This document shows, one piece after another, positions 47,931 through 56,133 of a stretch of 64,000 bases of DNA (positions within the stretch are counted from its first letter, which is position 1; each line of letters opens with the position of its first letter). The notes below the pieces were generated by a model. That model saw only the letters and a list, made by a program, of their open reading frames with translations, had not been told where the DNA came from and searched no databases. Made by a program: the position numbers and the translations under genes. The DNA is from a virus: the IMG/VR virus record IMGVR_UViG_3300025154_000052, positions 73,578-137,577 of that record. One strand, 5' to 3'.

Positions 47931-48254
47931 AAGACTGGGCGGTTGATCCAGTGACTGAGTTGAGTGGCGTTCCTGCTGAGTTGTACATCCGGAGTGGAAG
48001 CAGCGCTGTCCTGAGTGGAACCAGTACCGTCAGCCCAGTCTTTTATTCTTTCGGCACCCGGGTGAAACTCCCGGCAGAGTAGCGCTCCCGACTCTCTGTG
48101 CATGAGTCATCGGGAGGCGGTATGGTAACCGGCGCCCTGTAACCTCCGGGGCAAAGCAACCGACCTCAGATTGAGTGGTGGCGCACTCTCTGAGCCCATG
48201 CGGGCGTGAAGGCTCGACGAGACAGAGCCAGGCAGCCGGGAAAGACGAGCATAC
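47931..48254 (+). ncRNA. large structured ncRNA, possibly GOLLD-like
   Basis: No convincing ORF on this strand; 10-bp helix AAGACTGGGC/GCCCAGTCTT; GAAA-loop hairpins; located next to tRNAs. Confidence 0.45.
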
Positions 48255-48914
48255 GGGGCTGTAGTTCAGTGGGGGAACGTCTGGCCTGCAGTATACAAGA
48301 CGTTTGTATGTGGAGCGCACATAGCCTGACAGAGATTGGCACCAGAGGATAGCGGTTCAAGCAGAAAAGTACTTCAGTGGCGCAAGAAGAGTCAGAGTAC
48401 ATCACATCTGATAGCTATGATGGCTACTTCAGGAAACTGTATGCTAAGGTGTGTGCTCAATGTGGAGCAACGTTTTATTTGCCAAGGCACATACTTAATG
48501 GTGCAAAGTTTTGTAGCAAAAAGTGCCATGCTAAGACGAAGCAACGCCGCGAGACTCTCACATGCTCACAATGTGGAAAGCAATTCGTCAAACTAACAGG
48601 CAAGAAAAAGAATTCAAGACATGGTTTTTACTTTTGTACCAGAGCATGCAAGGATTTGGCTCAGAGAATTGGCGGGATTGAGGAAATACGGCCAGGACAA
48701 TACAAAAACGGAAAGAGTTATTACAGGGAACGTGCACTCCGGGAATACGGGCAGAAATGTTGTCAATGTGGATACGACAAGTATTCTGCAATGTTAGACG
48801 TTGATCATATCGATAATAACCGTGAACATAATTCACTGGAAAATCTGCAAGTATTATGCGTCTGGTGCCATGCTTTAAAAACGAGAAAGACGCCAGTTCA
48901 CGACCGCTAGTCCA
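48255..48914 (+). pseudogene. tRNA-like element interrupted in the anticodon loop and T-loop
   Basis: GGGGCTG-TA-GTTC/GAAC D arm; TCTGG/CCAGA stem; AGCGG-TTCAA...CCGCT T arm split by the HNH ORF. Confidence 0.55.
48377..48910 (+). CDS. HNH homing-endonuclease-like protein
   Basis: Two CxxC...FCS/TxxC modules plus CCQC...VDHIDNNREHNSLENLQVLCVWCH; AT-rich relative to flanks. Confidence 0.88.
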   Translation: MAQEESEYITSDSYDGYFRKLYAKVCAQCGATFYLPRHILNGAKFCSKKCHAKTKQRRETLTCSQCGKQFVKLTGKKKNSRHGFYFCTRACKDLAQRIGGIEEIRPGQYKNGKSYYRERALREYGQKCCQCGYDKYSAMLDVDHIDNNREHNSLENLQVLCVWCHALKTRKTPVHDR

Positions 48915-49114
48915 AAATGGCGCCGACTCCATTTGAATCCTCACTGGCTCGGCTTTCCGCCCTTCGTCAGTGCCGTTGGCTTGACCAACGGAGACATGCA
49001 CTAGGCTTAAGGCTGCGTGCGGCCGCATGTCTGCAAATTACCGCAGATAGGCACTATGGACTGGCCTCCTTGTGTTGAATGTTAGCCTGGCGGGCTGGAA
49101 AAGGCCCGCGTTAT

Positions 49115-49198
49115 GGGATCGTAGCTCAATCGGATAGAGCAACTACACGGCGCGCCAAGGTGTAGCAAGTGCCAGTTCGATCCTGGCCGATTCCACCA
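49115..49198 (+). tRNA. tRNA-like RNA with Ala identity and non-canonical anticodon arm
   Basis: GGGATCG/CGATTCC with G3:U70, A73, CCA; canonical D and T arms; 6-bp stem with 11-nt loop. Confidence 0.8.
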
Positions 49199-49241
49199 GA
49201 GACGGTCATCCAAGACTCCCACGTCGTTAAATACTTGGAGT

Positions 49242-49360
49242 CTTCGGCATGTGCGTGAGGCATTTACGGGCATGCCTTCAGGAATCCCGAACCTGAAGTA
49301 TTAGCGCAGCCCGAAGGGGACGGACAGGGGAAGCTGCTCGTTCGATCCGAGCGCCGATGT
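49242..49360 (+). ncRNA. tRNA-like shell with expanded centre
   Basis: CTTCGGC/GCCGATG acceptor-like stem; GCTCG-TTCGATC-CGAGC T arm. Confidence 0.45.
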
Positions 49361-49485
49361 AAGGTGTCTGAAACTGCCTTATCTGTGTAGGGCGTGACCC
49401 GGCACGTTAACCGGGAGTCTTTCATGAGGCGCCCATACTACGGGCTTAATGGCGCTGCTTGTTGAACAGCGCCGCCTTATCTTTC

Positions 49486-49558
49486 ACCGCTGCAGCGTGG
49501 CTGGATCGCACGCCGGGACGCGCAACCGGAAGCCTGGGTTTGATTCTCAGCGGCGGTC
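49486..49558 (+). pseudogene. degenerate tRNA (nominal GCG anticodon)
   Basis: 73-nt cloverleaf; T-loop TTTGATT; no U33, no CCA. Confidence 0.5.
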
Positions 49559-49582
49559 GTTAACGTGAACATGGAGGCTGAA

Positions 49583-50083
49583 ATGCAGTATCAACTTGGT
49601 GACATGGTCCAGTGGAGTAGTCAGGCTGCCGGTCATGTGAAGGTAAAGACCGGTGAAGCTCTAGCAGTCCTGCCCGCCAAGGTCGCTGTCCATAAGGTCG
49701 TCAAGCCGATATTGGCGGATGGTCAACATACCAGCGAGATACCGGGCAAGGCGCGCCCGAAGCTTTACTGGCCTCGAGTGTCGGCACTGTCTCTCGTGAG
49801 TCGTCCGGAGTTGTCGGTTGAGGAAGATGTTGATGACGAGTCGGACGTTGACTCAGTGACCCTGGCCACGTTCAAGCACAAGTCCGGCAGCAAGAAGCGA
49901 ATGACCGGAACCGTGTTGACCAGCGGTGTGAGCGCTGAGACTGCCGCGTACCAATTCGCCCGCACTCACCGGATCTGTTTCAACACGAATTCCGAGGGCG
50001 ATGTCTTCATCGAGATCCCCTCGTTGCACCGCAAGCCGCGTCTGTACTGTCGGCGCGGATGTCAGGTCAGTTACTCGATGTGA
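49583..50083 (+). CDS. hypothetical protein
   Basis: GGAGG RBS, start MQYQLGD. Confidence 0.65.
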   Translation: MQYQLGDMVQWSSQAAGHVKVKTGEALAVLPAKVAVHKVVKPILADGQHTSEIPGKARPKLYWPRVSALSLVSRPELSVEEDVDDESDVDSVTLATFKHKSGSKKRMTGTVLTSGVSAETAAYQFARTHRICFNTNSEGDVFIEIPSLHRKPRLYCRRGCQVSYSM

Positions 50084-50171
50084 TCCTGTTCGATTGGCTA
50101 CACGAGTCCTGCACATGCAGCCGGTAAGAGTCCGGAAGTTCAGTGCCGTTGAACACGACGGCGCTACCTTT

Positions 50172-50242
50172 GGTCCCATAGTCTAGTGGCAAGACACCGC
50201 TCTTTCACGGCGGAAGCCAGGGTTCAATTCCCTGTGGGATCA
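50172..50242 (+). tRNA. tRNA-Glu(TTC)
   Basis: Canonical cloverleaf, loop CTTTCAC; CCA not encoded. Confidence 0.93.
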
Positions 50243-50247
50243 TTCAC

Positions 50248-50439
50248 ATGGAGATCGACGTGGATAAAGAAAGCGACTTCCTCAAGTCCATTCTGTTGAC
50301 CAGTCCCGAGTCTGGTAAGGCACTCCATGTCACGGATGTGAGAGGCAAAGAGGCAGGTCTTGACCATCTCGAGATCACAACCGAGTCTGACGACAAGATG
50401 GAGCGGTGGAAATACTCCATCAAGGTCGAAGAGGTCTAA
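50248..50439 (+). CDS. hypothetical protein
   Basis: 63 aa between the two tRNAs. Confidence 0.55.
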   Translation: MEIDVDKESDFLKSILLTSPESGKALHVTDVRGKEAGLDHLEITTESDDKMERWKYSIKVEEV

Positions 50440-50440
50440 C

Positions 50441-50512
50441 GCTTCCATAGCTCAGTGGTAGAGCAGCCGGCTTTTAACCGGCAGGTCGTAGGTTCAAATC
50501 CTACTGGGGGCA
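50441..50512 (+). tRNA. tRNA-Lys(TTT)
   Basis: Canonical cloverleaf, loop CTTTTAA; CCA not encoded. Confidence 0.95.
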
Positions 50513-50529
50513 TTCCATTTTACAGTTTC

Positions 50530-50885
50530 GGGGGCGAAATAGATTCGACGGGGGAACGGTAGATCAGGGCAGCGTGCAGAGGTGGGTCGCCTCGTTAAAC
50601 AGGCTCAAAACCATAGTCGCAAACAACACCGACTACTACGCCGACTACGACCGTCAGGCCGCTTAGTGGGCTGTTCGCCTGGTTCAGACTGCGGGGCCAG
50701 GTGGGCATAATGCCAGCAGTCAAAACCCTCGTGGAGCGCAGGACTAAACGAGGGAATATCACCTGCTAGCCCGGCAGACTGTGTGCCTGCAGATCTAGGG
50801 CGAAACTGATCAGAGCACTACGCACGTAGACACCTTGAGTCGAGTTCTTTCGGACCCGATGGGCGGTACATCGGCGCCTCCACCA
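50530..50885 (+). ncRNA. ssrA: tmRNA; tag (A)ANNTDYYADYDRQAA*
   Basis: GGGGGCG/CGCCTCC-ACCA with G3:U70; GATTCGAC; resume context ATAGTC-GCA at 50619. Confidence 0.95.
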
Positions 50886-50907
50886 TTTCTGGCAAGCCCA
50901 GTTGACA

Positions 50908-50950
50908 AAAAGGGGCGATTCTATCGCAGAGTCGCCCCTTTTTCTTTTCT
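50908..50950. terminator. intrinsic terminator, possibly bidirectional
   Basis: AAAAAGGGGCGATTCT...AGAGTCGCCCCTTTTT. Confidence 0.85.
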
Positions 50951-51107
50951 TCTACCAAACTCATCCATTTGACCCCTGAACGCTGCCCGATGGCATCAGA
51001 TTTGCGCATGCCCACACGCTGGGGATAATAGAGTTAGGCACTCACGACGCGTGTTGATTTTTGTCAACACGCCGCATTTGGGATACTGTTGAGACAGGAG
51101 ACGGGAC

Positions 51108-51419
51108 ATGACACCGGGAACCACGGTGGGCTTGGGTGAGGTCATCAAGACCTTTGCAAACTCGAGTCCAAACTACATCCCCTACATCGTGATTCTGATC
51201 TCCATCATCCTGGGGGTGCGGGCAGTCTGGGCACGGTTTGCCCCGCATATCTCAAAGACAATGGAACTCTTGAACAGATCCCTTGAGCACTCCCTGCAGA
51301 TGGGCATGGAGGAAAGGAGACTGCTTCAGGAGGTGAAAGAGGAGATCCGTCGTGAGAAATCAACTCGCAAGCGTGGTGGGCGCGTATCAGGACCCCGGGG
51401 ATCCGACGACAGCGAGTGA
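51108..51419 (+). CDS. small TM protein (holin-like candidate)
   Basis: One TM helix plus coiled-coil and basic tail. Confidence 0.5.
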   Translation: MTPGTTVGLGEVIKTFANSSPNYIPYIVILISIILGVRAVWARFAPHISKTMELLNRSLEHSLQMGMEERRLLQEVKEEIRREKSTRKRGGRVSGPRGSDDSE

Positions 51420-51602
51420 TGTTGCATTCGAGATCCACCGGCACCGTCACAGTCGGGCGATCAAGCGGTATGCCAAGATTGCCGGACTGTACCTGGCTAT
51501 CAATGTCTTGCGGGGGTCGGTTCTGAGTTATTCACTGATGGTAGGCATGGGGGCGATGCTTACCACATGCACGATCGCGGATGCCCCGGCGCAGAAAGCG
51601 GA

Positions 51603-53363
51603 ATGGAAACACGTTGGGAAAAGATAGCAAAGCTTCAGGAACTCGAGAAGATCAGCGCAGTCGCGCGGGCCAGAAAGGTCAAGCAGGCGCGACATGACAC
51701 CAACGTCTTCGTCGAGTATTGCTTTTCCGACTCCCGGCGCAAGAACCCGGACGGAACCCCGCATCAGGTCCGCCAGTCGCAAGTTCATCGCGATTTCCAG
51801 TCCGCCATAGATACCCAGGAATACATCTTTGGCGAACTTCCTCGAGACACCGGCAAGACGACACAGTGTGTGGCCAGAGTGTTGTTCTGGCTGGGCAATA
51901 ACCCGGATGAACTCATCAAGATCATCTGCGTGAGTGATGCGGAAGCCAAGAAGCGTGTCCGCGAGATCACAGAGCACATTCTGCACAACCCACGAGTGCA
52001 TGAAGTCTTCCCCCACCTGAAGCCAGCGAACATGGCAGGGTGGACTCAACACGCAATCTATTGCCAGCGTAAGATCATCTCGAAGGACGCCAGCGTCGAA
52101 GCTTACGGCCTGGACAGCTCTGGTATTGGTGGTCGTGCCACACGACTGCTATTCGATGACGTGGTCAATCCCAAATCCGTCCGCTCCGAGGCTATGCGTG
52201 AGGCGACAAAGGAGACCTTCTTCGGTGTCTGGCTCCCGATGGTCGAAGAGGACGACGACGGGGAAGCAGCGGGCTCACCAGTCAACGACGACGGGGAGGA
52301 GACCGACTTCAACTCTCTTCCCGACACGCTACCGGACAGACGCGCTCGAGGCGGACAACTGGCCGAGTTACCTGAACGAGAATGCGCAGACGGGGCCAAA
52401 GTCGTCTGGATCGGGACGCCATGGCACAAAGCGGACCTCCATAGCGAGTTGAAGGCCAAGGCCCCTGAGATGGGCTGGTTTCTGTTCAGTCGTCCGGTGG
52501 GTGGCGAGTGGGCCAGGCAGCAGGCAGAAGCACGCGGCGAGGTCGCTGATGAGTTCAGTCCGGTGTGGCCTGAACAATGGGGACGAGTACGGCTTCAGAA
52601 ACGCTTCGCGCGCCTCCCTCGCATCCACTTCGCTCGAGCCTACTTGCTTCAGCCGATGTCTGACGATGATCGGATCTGGGATACAACGAAATTCCAGTTT
52701 ACGACATGGGAAGTTATCGAAAACGTGGAGATGGCGGGGGCGGTCGGAGCGTGGGACTTCGCCTTCACAGAGAAGAGCCGGAACGACCGTAACGGCTATG
52801 TATCGGTGGCTCTGGGCGAAGATCTGAATATCTACGTCTTCAGGTCTTCAGCCTTCCGTGGAGGGCTCCAGAAGACGGCCAGGGCGATTGTCGACTGGGC
52901 CATCCGCGATCAACTCCAACACGTCGGTATGGAGGAGGTGGCGGCCCAGACATGGATGCGCCAGTACGTGAAAGAGATGGCGCTGCTGCCGCTCCGTCCG
53001 CTCCGTCCCCAGAAGGTGGGTGGGGACAAGATCAGCCGAGCCATCCGCACTCAGCCATACGTGGACCAGTGCCGAGTCTACTTTCTTCCCGGGACAGAAG
53101 ATCTACAGGCCGAGATGGGGGACTTCCCGTTCGGTGTCCATGACGACCTCGTTGACGCCTTCGTCTACTGCATCATCCTACTCATCGAATACTACCTGAT
53201 GAACGAGGACATGCTCGAGGAAGGTGTACGATCACATGACACGTATGACGACGGGGCGCTACGAGTCCGAAGCATGGGCTTACAGATGACGACAGACAGC
53301 GATGATGTGGATGTGGAGTACGAGCGACCAGTGAGCGTTTTCGATCAGGTGAGGTGGATGTAA
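51603..53363 (+). CDS. terL: terminase large subunit
   Basis: PRDTGKT, LLFDDVVNP, WIGTPWH, AWDFAF...D, VHDDLVDAF. Confidence 0.92.
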   Translation: METRWEKIAKLQELEKISAVARARKVKQARHDTNVFVEYCFSDSRRKNPDGTPHQVRQSQVHRDFQSAIDTQEYIFGELPRDTGKTTQCVARVLFWLGNNPDELIKIICVSDAEAKKRVREITEHILHNPRVHEVFPHLKPANMAGWTQHAIYCQRKIISKDASVEAYGLDSSGIGGRATRLLFDDVVNPKSVRSEAMREATKETFFGVWLPMVEEDDDGEAAGSPVNDDGEETDFNSLPDTLPDRRARGGQLAELPERECADGAKVVWIGTPWHKADLHSELKAKAPEMGWFLFSRPVGGEWARQQAEARGEVADEFSPVWPEQWGRVRLQKRFARLPRIHFARAYLLQPMSDDDRIWDTTKFQFTTWEVIENVEMAGAVGAWDFAFTEKSRNDRNGYVSVALGEDLNIYVFRSSAFRGGLQKTARAIVDWAIRDQLQHVGMEEVAAQTWMRQYVKEMALLPLRPLRPQKVGGDKISRAIRTQPYVDQCRVYFLPGTEDLQAEMGDFPFGVHDDLVDAFVYCIILLIEYYLMNEDMLEEGVRSHDTYDDGALRVRSMGLQMTTDSDDVDVEYERPVSVFDQVRWM

Positions 53364-55537
53364 TGGAAGAGCAGGGATATAGCGGCTGGGAAATCAAGGT
53401 GTGCAGTCTGGGTGGGGCAGAGGACCAACCGCAAGAGCGATGGGAAGACGCGATCGACAATGCTGATCGGGAGATCACCGCGAAAGATGCGGGAAACGCC
53501 ACTGGGGACGCGTGGATCGACCGGCATGCACCGGCTCGAGCCAGCGTCCAGAAGTCAAGCATCCAGAAAAGTGACGACGGCGGGCCGCAGGACCTGGGCC
53601 GTATCGAGCCCGACATCATTCGGGTGGATGAGAACAAGCTCAACACGCTCTTCTCCGGTGTGGGCGTCATCCCGCCAGCGATCAGTTTTGCCTGGCTGGG
53701 CTTCATCGTTCGCAACTCCCCATCCATCCGTCAGAACATCGAGGCGTACAATCACGGTATCGACGCGCACGGATACCAGCTCATGCCACGGGTGGATCTG
53801 GCATCTGAAAAGGTGGACGACGAGATCCGCGCCGTCATCTACATGGAGCGACTTCACGAGGCACGGGTGAAGCACTGGACGGATGGGGGAGACCCGCCCG
53901 AAGTGCAGTTGGAGATCGACGACTCTGAGGTAGACGCCAGGAAGAAGCGGCTCAAACTCGAGATGGCGGCCGAGCAGGCACGGTTGCGGCTGTTCTTCGA
54001 CAATCCGAATCCCAAGGAGACCCTGATCCGGATTCGCCGGCGCCTTCGCTGGGACCTGGAGACCTACGGCAACGGCTTCCTGGCCATCAATCGTAATCCA
54101 TGGGGTGAGCCGCTTTCTCTGTGGTGGGTTCCCGCTCGCACGACTCGAGCCGTGAAGTTGTCTCCCGAGGACATGAACGTCGAGGTCAGCGACCGCGTGA
54201 AGATCAGCCCGGTTTCTTACGACAAGGTGAAGGTAATCCGGTCGTTCCGGCGATACGTCCAGGGCATCGGTGAAGGAGACACACCGGCCGTGCCGAATGT
54301 GTACGGCGGCGGCATGATCTTCTTCAAGGAGATAGGCGACCCACGGCTGATCGGCAATCGCACCGGCCAGACGTACAAGACGAAGGCTGAACTGGACAAG
54401 GCGATCAAGATGGGGACCGAGACCGGGCCCGCCCTTGAGATGATCCATTTCACGCTGATCAATACTGAGCATGACGTTTACGGCGTCCCTCGCTGGCAGG
54501 GTCTTGTCGTGGGAGCTCTGGGAGAGATCGAGGCCGAGCAGGTCAACCTGATGACACTGCGTAACGACGCGATCCCGGACCTGATGATTCTGGTAGAGGG
54601 TGGGAGGTTTGCAGCAGGAGCTGTCGAGAAGATCGAGAAGCACCTGAAGACGAAGTTGAAGGGCCACAACCGCACCAGCGGTATCCTGACGCTCGAGGCC
54701 GCGCCGTCTGGTGTTGGTAGAGGCTCGCCCGTTGTCGGTGACGCGCCAATCCCAAAGATCCACGTCATCCCCCTCACCCAGTACCAGCGCGACGATGCGC
54801 TCTATGTCCGATACCGGAAGGACGAAGGGGATAAGATCGACAGCGCCTTCGGCAACCCGCCCATGTCCGTGGGTAAGTTCATGGGCATGAATCGAGCGAC
54901 GGCCACAGTCATGGCCGATCACGTCGAGAAGCACACCTATGAGCCGGAGAGGAAGGATATCGACGACGTCATCAACATTCGCCTGCTCCCGATCTTCGGT
55001 GCCCGCTACTGGGACTATCGAAGCAACGCGCCCATCAACCGGGACTCGAGAGAACTGATCGAGCTCGCAGACGTGGCAGTGCGCGCCGGGTTCCTCACGC
55101 TGGACGAGGCCCGGCTCATCGCCGCCGATGCTCTGAATCACTCCCTGCCGCCATACGATAGCGAATGGTCGAAGTTGCCGCTGCCAGTATACCTGGCACA
55201 GATGAAGGGCGTCACAGGGGCGCCTGGGGCGATGGGTACGTCTCCTGAAGGGGTTGGTAAGGCTATCGACTTCCTCGCTCAGAAGCGGGCGTCTGGCGGC
55301 GTCTCTCGTGAGGATGTGCTGGGGTTCCTGTCTGATCTTCGTTCCGATATGCTGGAGCAGATGAACAGTCTGACGAAGCAGGCGACCTTGATGGGGATCG
55401 ATGAGCACATACTCAGGGATTCACTGGGCAGGCTCGAGCGGGGCGATGGTGAGAAGATCGAAGTGGATGCGAACGTGTTGAAGGAATGGGTCATGCTGGG
55501 TGGGCGCGCCATGCCTTCACTGGGCAGTCTTCGCTGA
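53354..55537 (+). CDS. portal protein
   Basis: DLETYGNGFL, MIHF...DVYGVPRW, NDAIPDLMILVEGG; follows terL. Confidence 0.85.
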   Translation: MDVMEEQGYSGWEIKVCSLGGAEDQPQERWEDAIDNADREITAKDAGNATGDAWIDRHAPARASVQKSSIQKSDDGGPQDLGRIEPDIIRVDENKLNTLFSGVGVIPPAISFAWLGFIVRNSPSIRQNIEAYNHGIDAHGYQLMPRVDLASEKVDDEIRAVIYMERLHEARVKHWTDGGDPPEVQLEIDDSEVDARKKRLKLEMAAEQARLRLFFDNPNPKETLIRIRRRLRWDLETYGNGFLAINRNPWGEPLSLWWVPARTTRAVKLSPEDMNVEVSDRVKISPVSYDKVKVIRSFRRYVQGIGEGDTPAVPNVYGGGMIFFKEIGDPRLIGNRTGQTYKTKAELDKAIKMGTETGPALEMIHFTLINTEHDVYGVPRWQGLVVGALGEIEAEQVNLMTLRNDAIPDLMILVEGGRFAAGAVEKIEKHLKTKLKGHNRTSGILTLEAAPSGVGRGSPVVGDAPIPKIHVIPLTQYQRDDALYVRYRKDEGDKIDSAFGNPPMSVGKFMGMNRATATVMADHVEKHTYEPERKDIDDVINIRLLPIFGARYWDYRSNAPINRDSRELIELADVAVRAGFLTLDEARLIAADALNHSLPPYDSEWSKLPLPVYLAQMKGVTGAPGAMGTSPEGVGKAIDFLAQKRASGGVSREDVLGFLSDLRSDMLEQMNSLTKQATLMGIDEHILRDSLGRLERGDGEKIEVDANVLKEWVMLGGRAMPSLGSLR

Positions 55538-55639
55538 CATCGCCTGCTGAATCAACTCGTTCAGCACATCTCCAAGAGACTTAACGCCGCGCCGCTTTAC
55601 TTCAGCGTCAATCCATGCCCGGCGCTCCACCGTGGTCAT
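55517..55639 (-). CDS. small ribbon-helix-helix-like protein
   Basis: MTTVERRAWIDAEVKRRGVKSLGDVLNELIQQAM. Confidence 0.45.
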   Translation of the reverse strand: MTTVERRAWIDAEVKRRGVKSLGDVLNELIQQAMSAKTAQ

Positions 55640-55728
55640 GAAGGATACACCTACCGAACGCGAGACGGCTTCCTTGATGGGCGTGTGATGACCTGGCGGG
55701 CGTCTACCGTTGCGACCGCGCGGCTTGA

Positions 55729-56133
55729 TTAGGGGCATGACGGCGGCATCCTGATCTTCTCGAGTACGTCTTGCGGACCTCCCCACCACACGGCAGGGAT
55801 GGTCTTGTCGCCACGGATTATGGCGGCAAGAAGCCGGTGGTTTCCGTCTCGCACTGGATACCATGTCGGTGACCGTTTGATCGGCACATCTATCTCGACG
55901 CTGCCTTGGTATCCGTTCTCGACGAACCACGCAATCCGTGCCGCATGTGCGAGGTAGTAGCGAGTATCGAACGGGATATTCTCCCCTTCGGACGGGGACA
56001 AACTCCACTTCTTTGCGATGCAGAACGCCACATCCTCGCGGCGCATAGCCTCACACCACAGCCCATGATCAAACGGTGACCATAACTCCTCGAGAGCGGA
56101 GACAGAAGCGGTGATGTGCTCAAGCATGGTCAT
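55729..56133 (-). CDS. ParB/Srx-like domain protein
   Basis: YPVRDGNHRLLAAIIRG. Confidence 0.7.
   Translation of the reverse strand: MTMLEHITASVSALEELWSPFDHGLWCEAMRREDVAFCIAKKWSLSPSEGENIPFDTRYYLAHAARIAWFVENGYQGSVEIDVPIKRSPTWYPVRDGNHRLLAAIIRGDKTIPAVWWGGPQDVLEKIRMPPSCP

Noticed and set aside
47985-48005. SRP RNA (TCCGGAGTGGAAGCAGC)
   Set aside because: Lacks the CAGG side of the symmetric loop and the GNRA tetraloop
48055-48254. Group II intron or RNase P RNA (GGGTGAAACTCCC; GAGCCCATGCG)
   Set aside because: No complete domain V/VI, no reverse transcriptase, no RNase P GAGGAAAGUCC core
48361-48910. Group I intron carrying the HNH
   Set aside because: Only ~16 nt precede the ORF and none follow it; no room for a P3-P7 core despite a TAGTCC look-alike
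52245-52392. Intein in TerL
   Set aside because: Too short; no N-terminal Cys/Ser block or C-terminal HN
53555-55408. 617-aa antisense ORF
   Set aside because: Shadow of the portal gene from GC3 bias; no motifs or RBS
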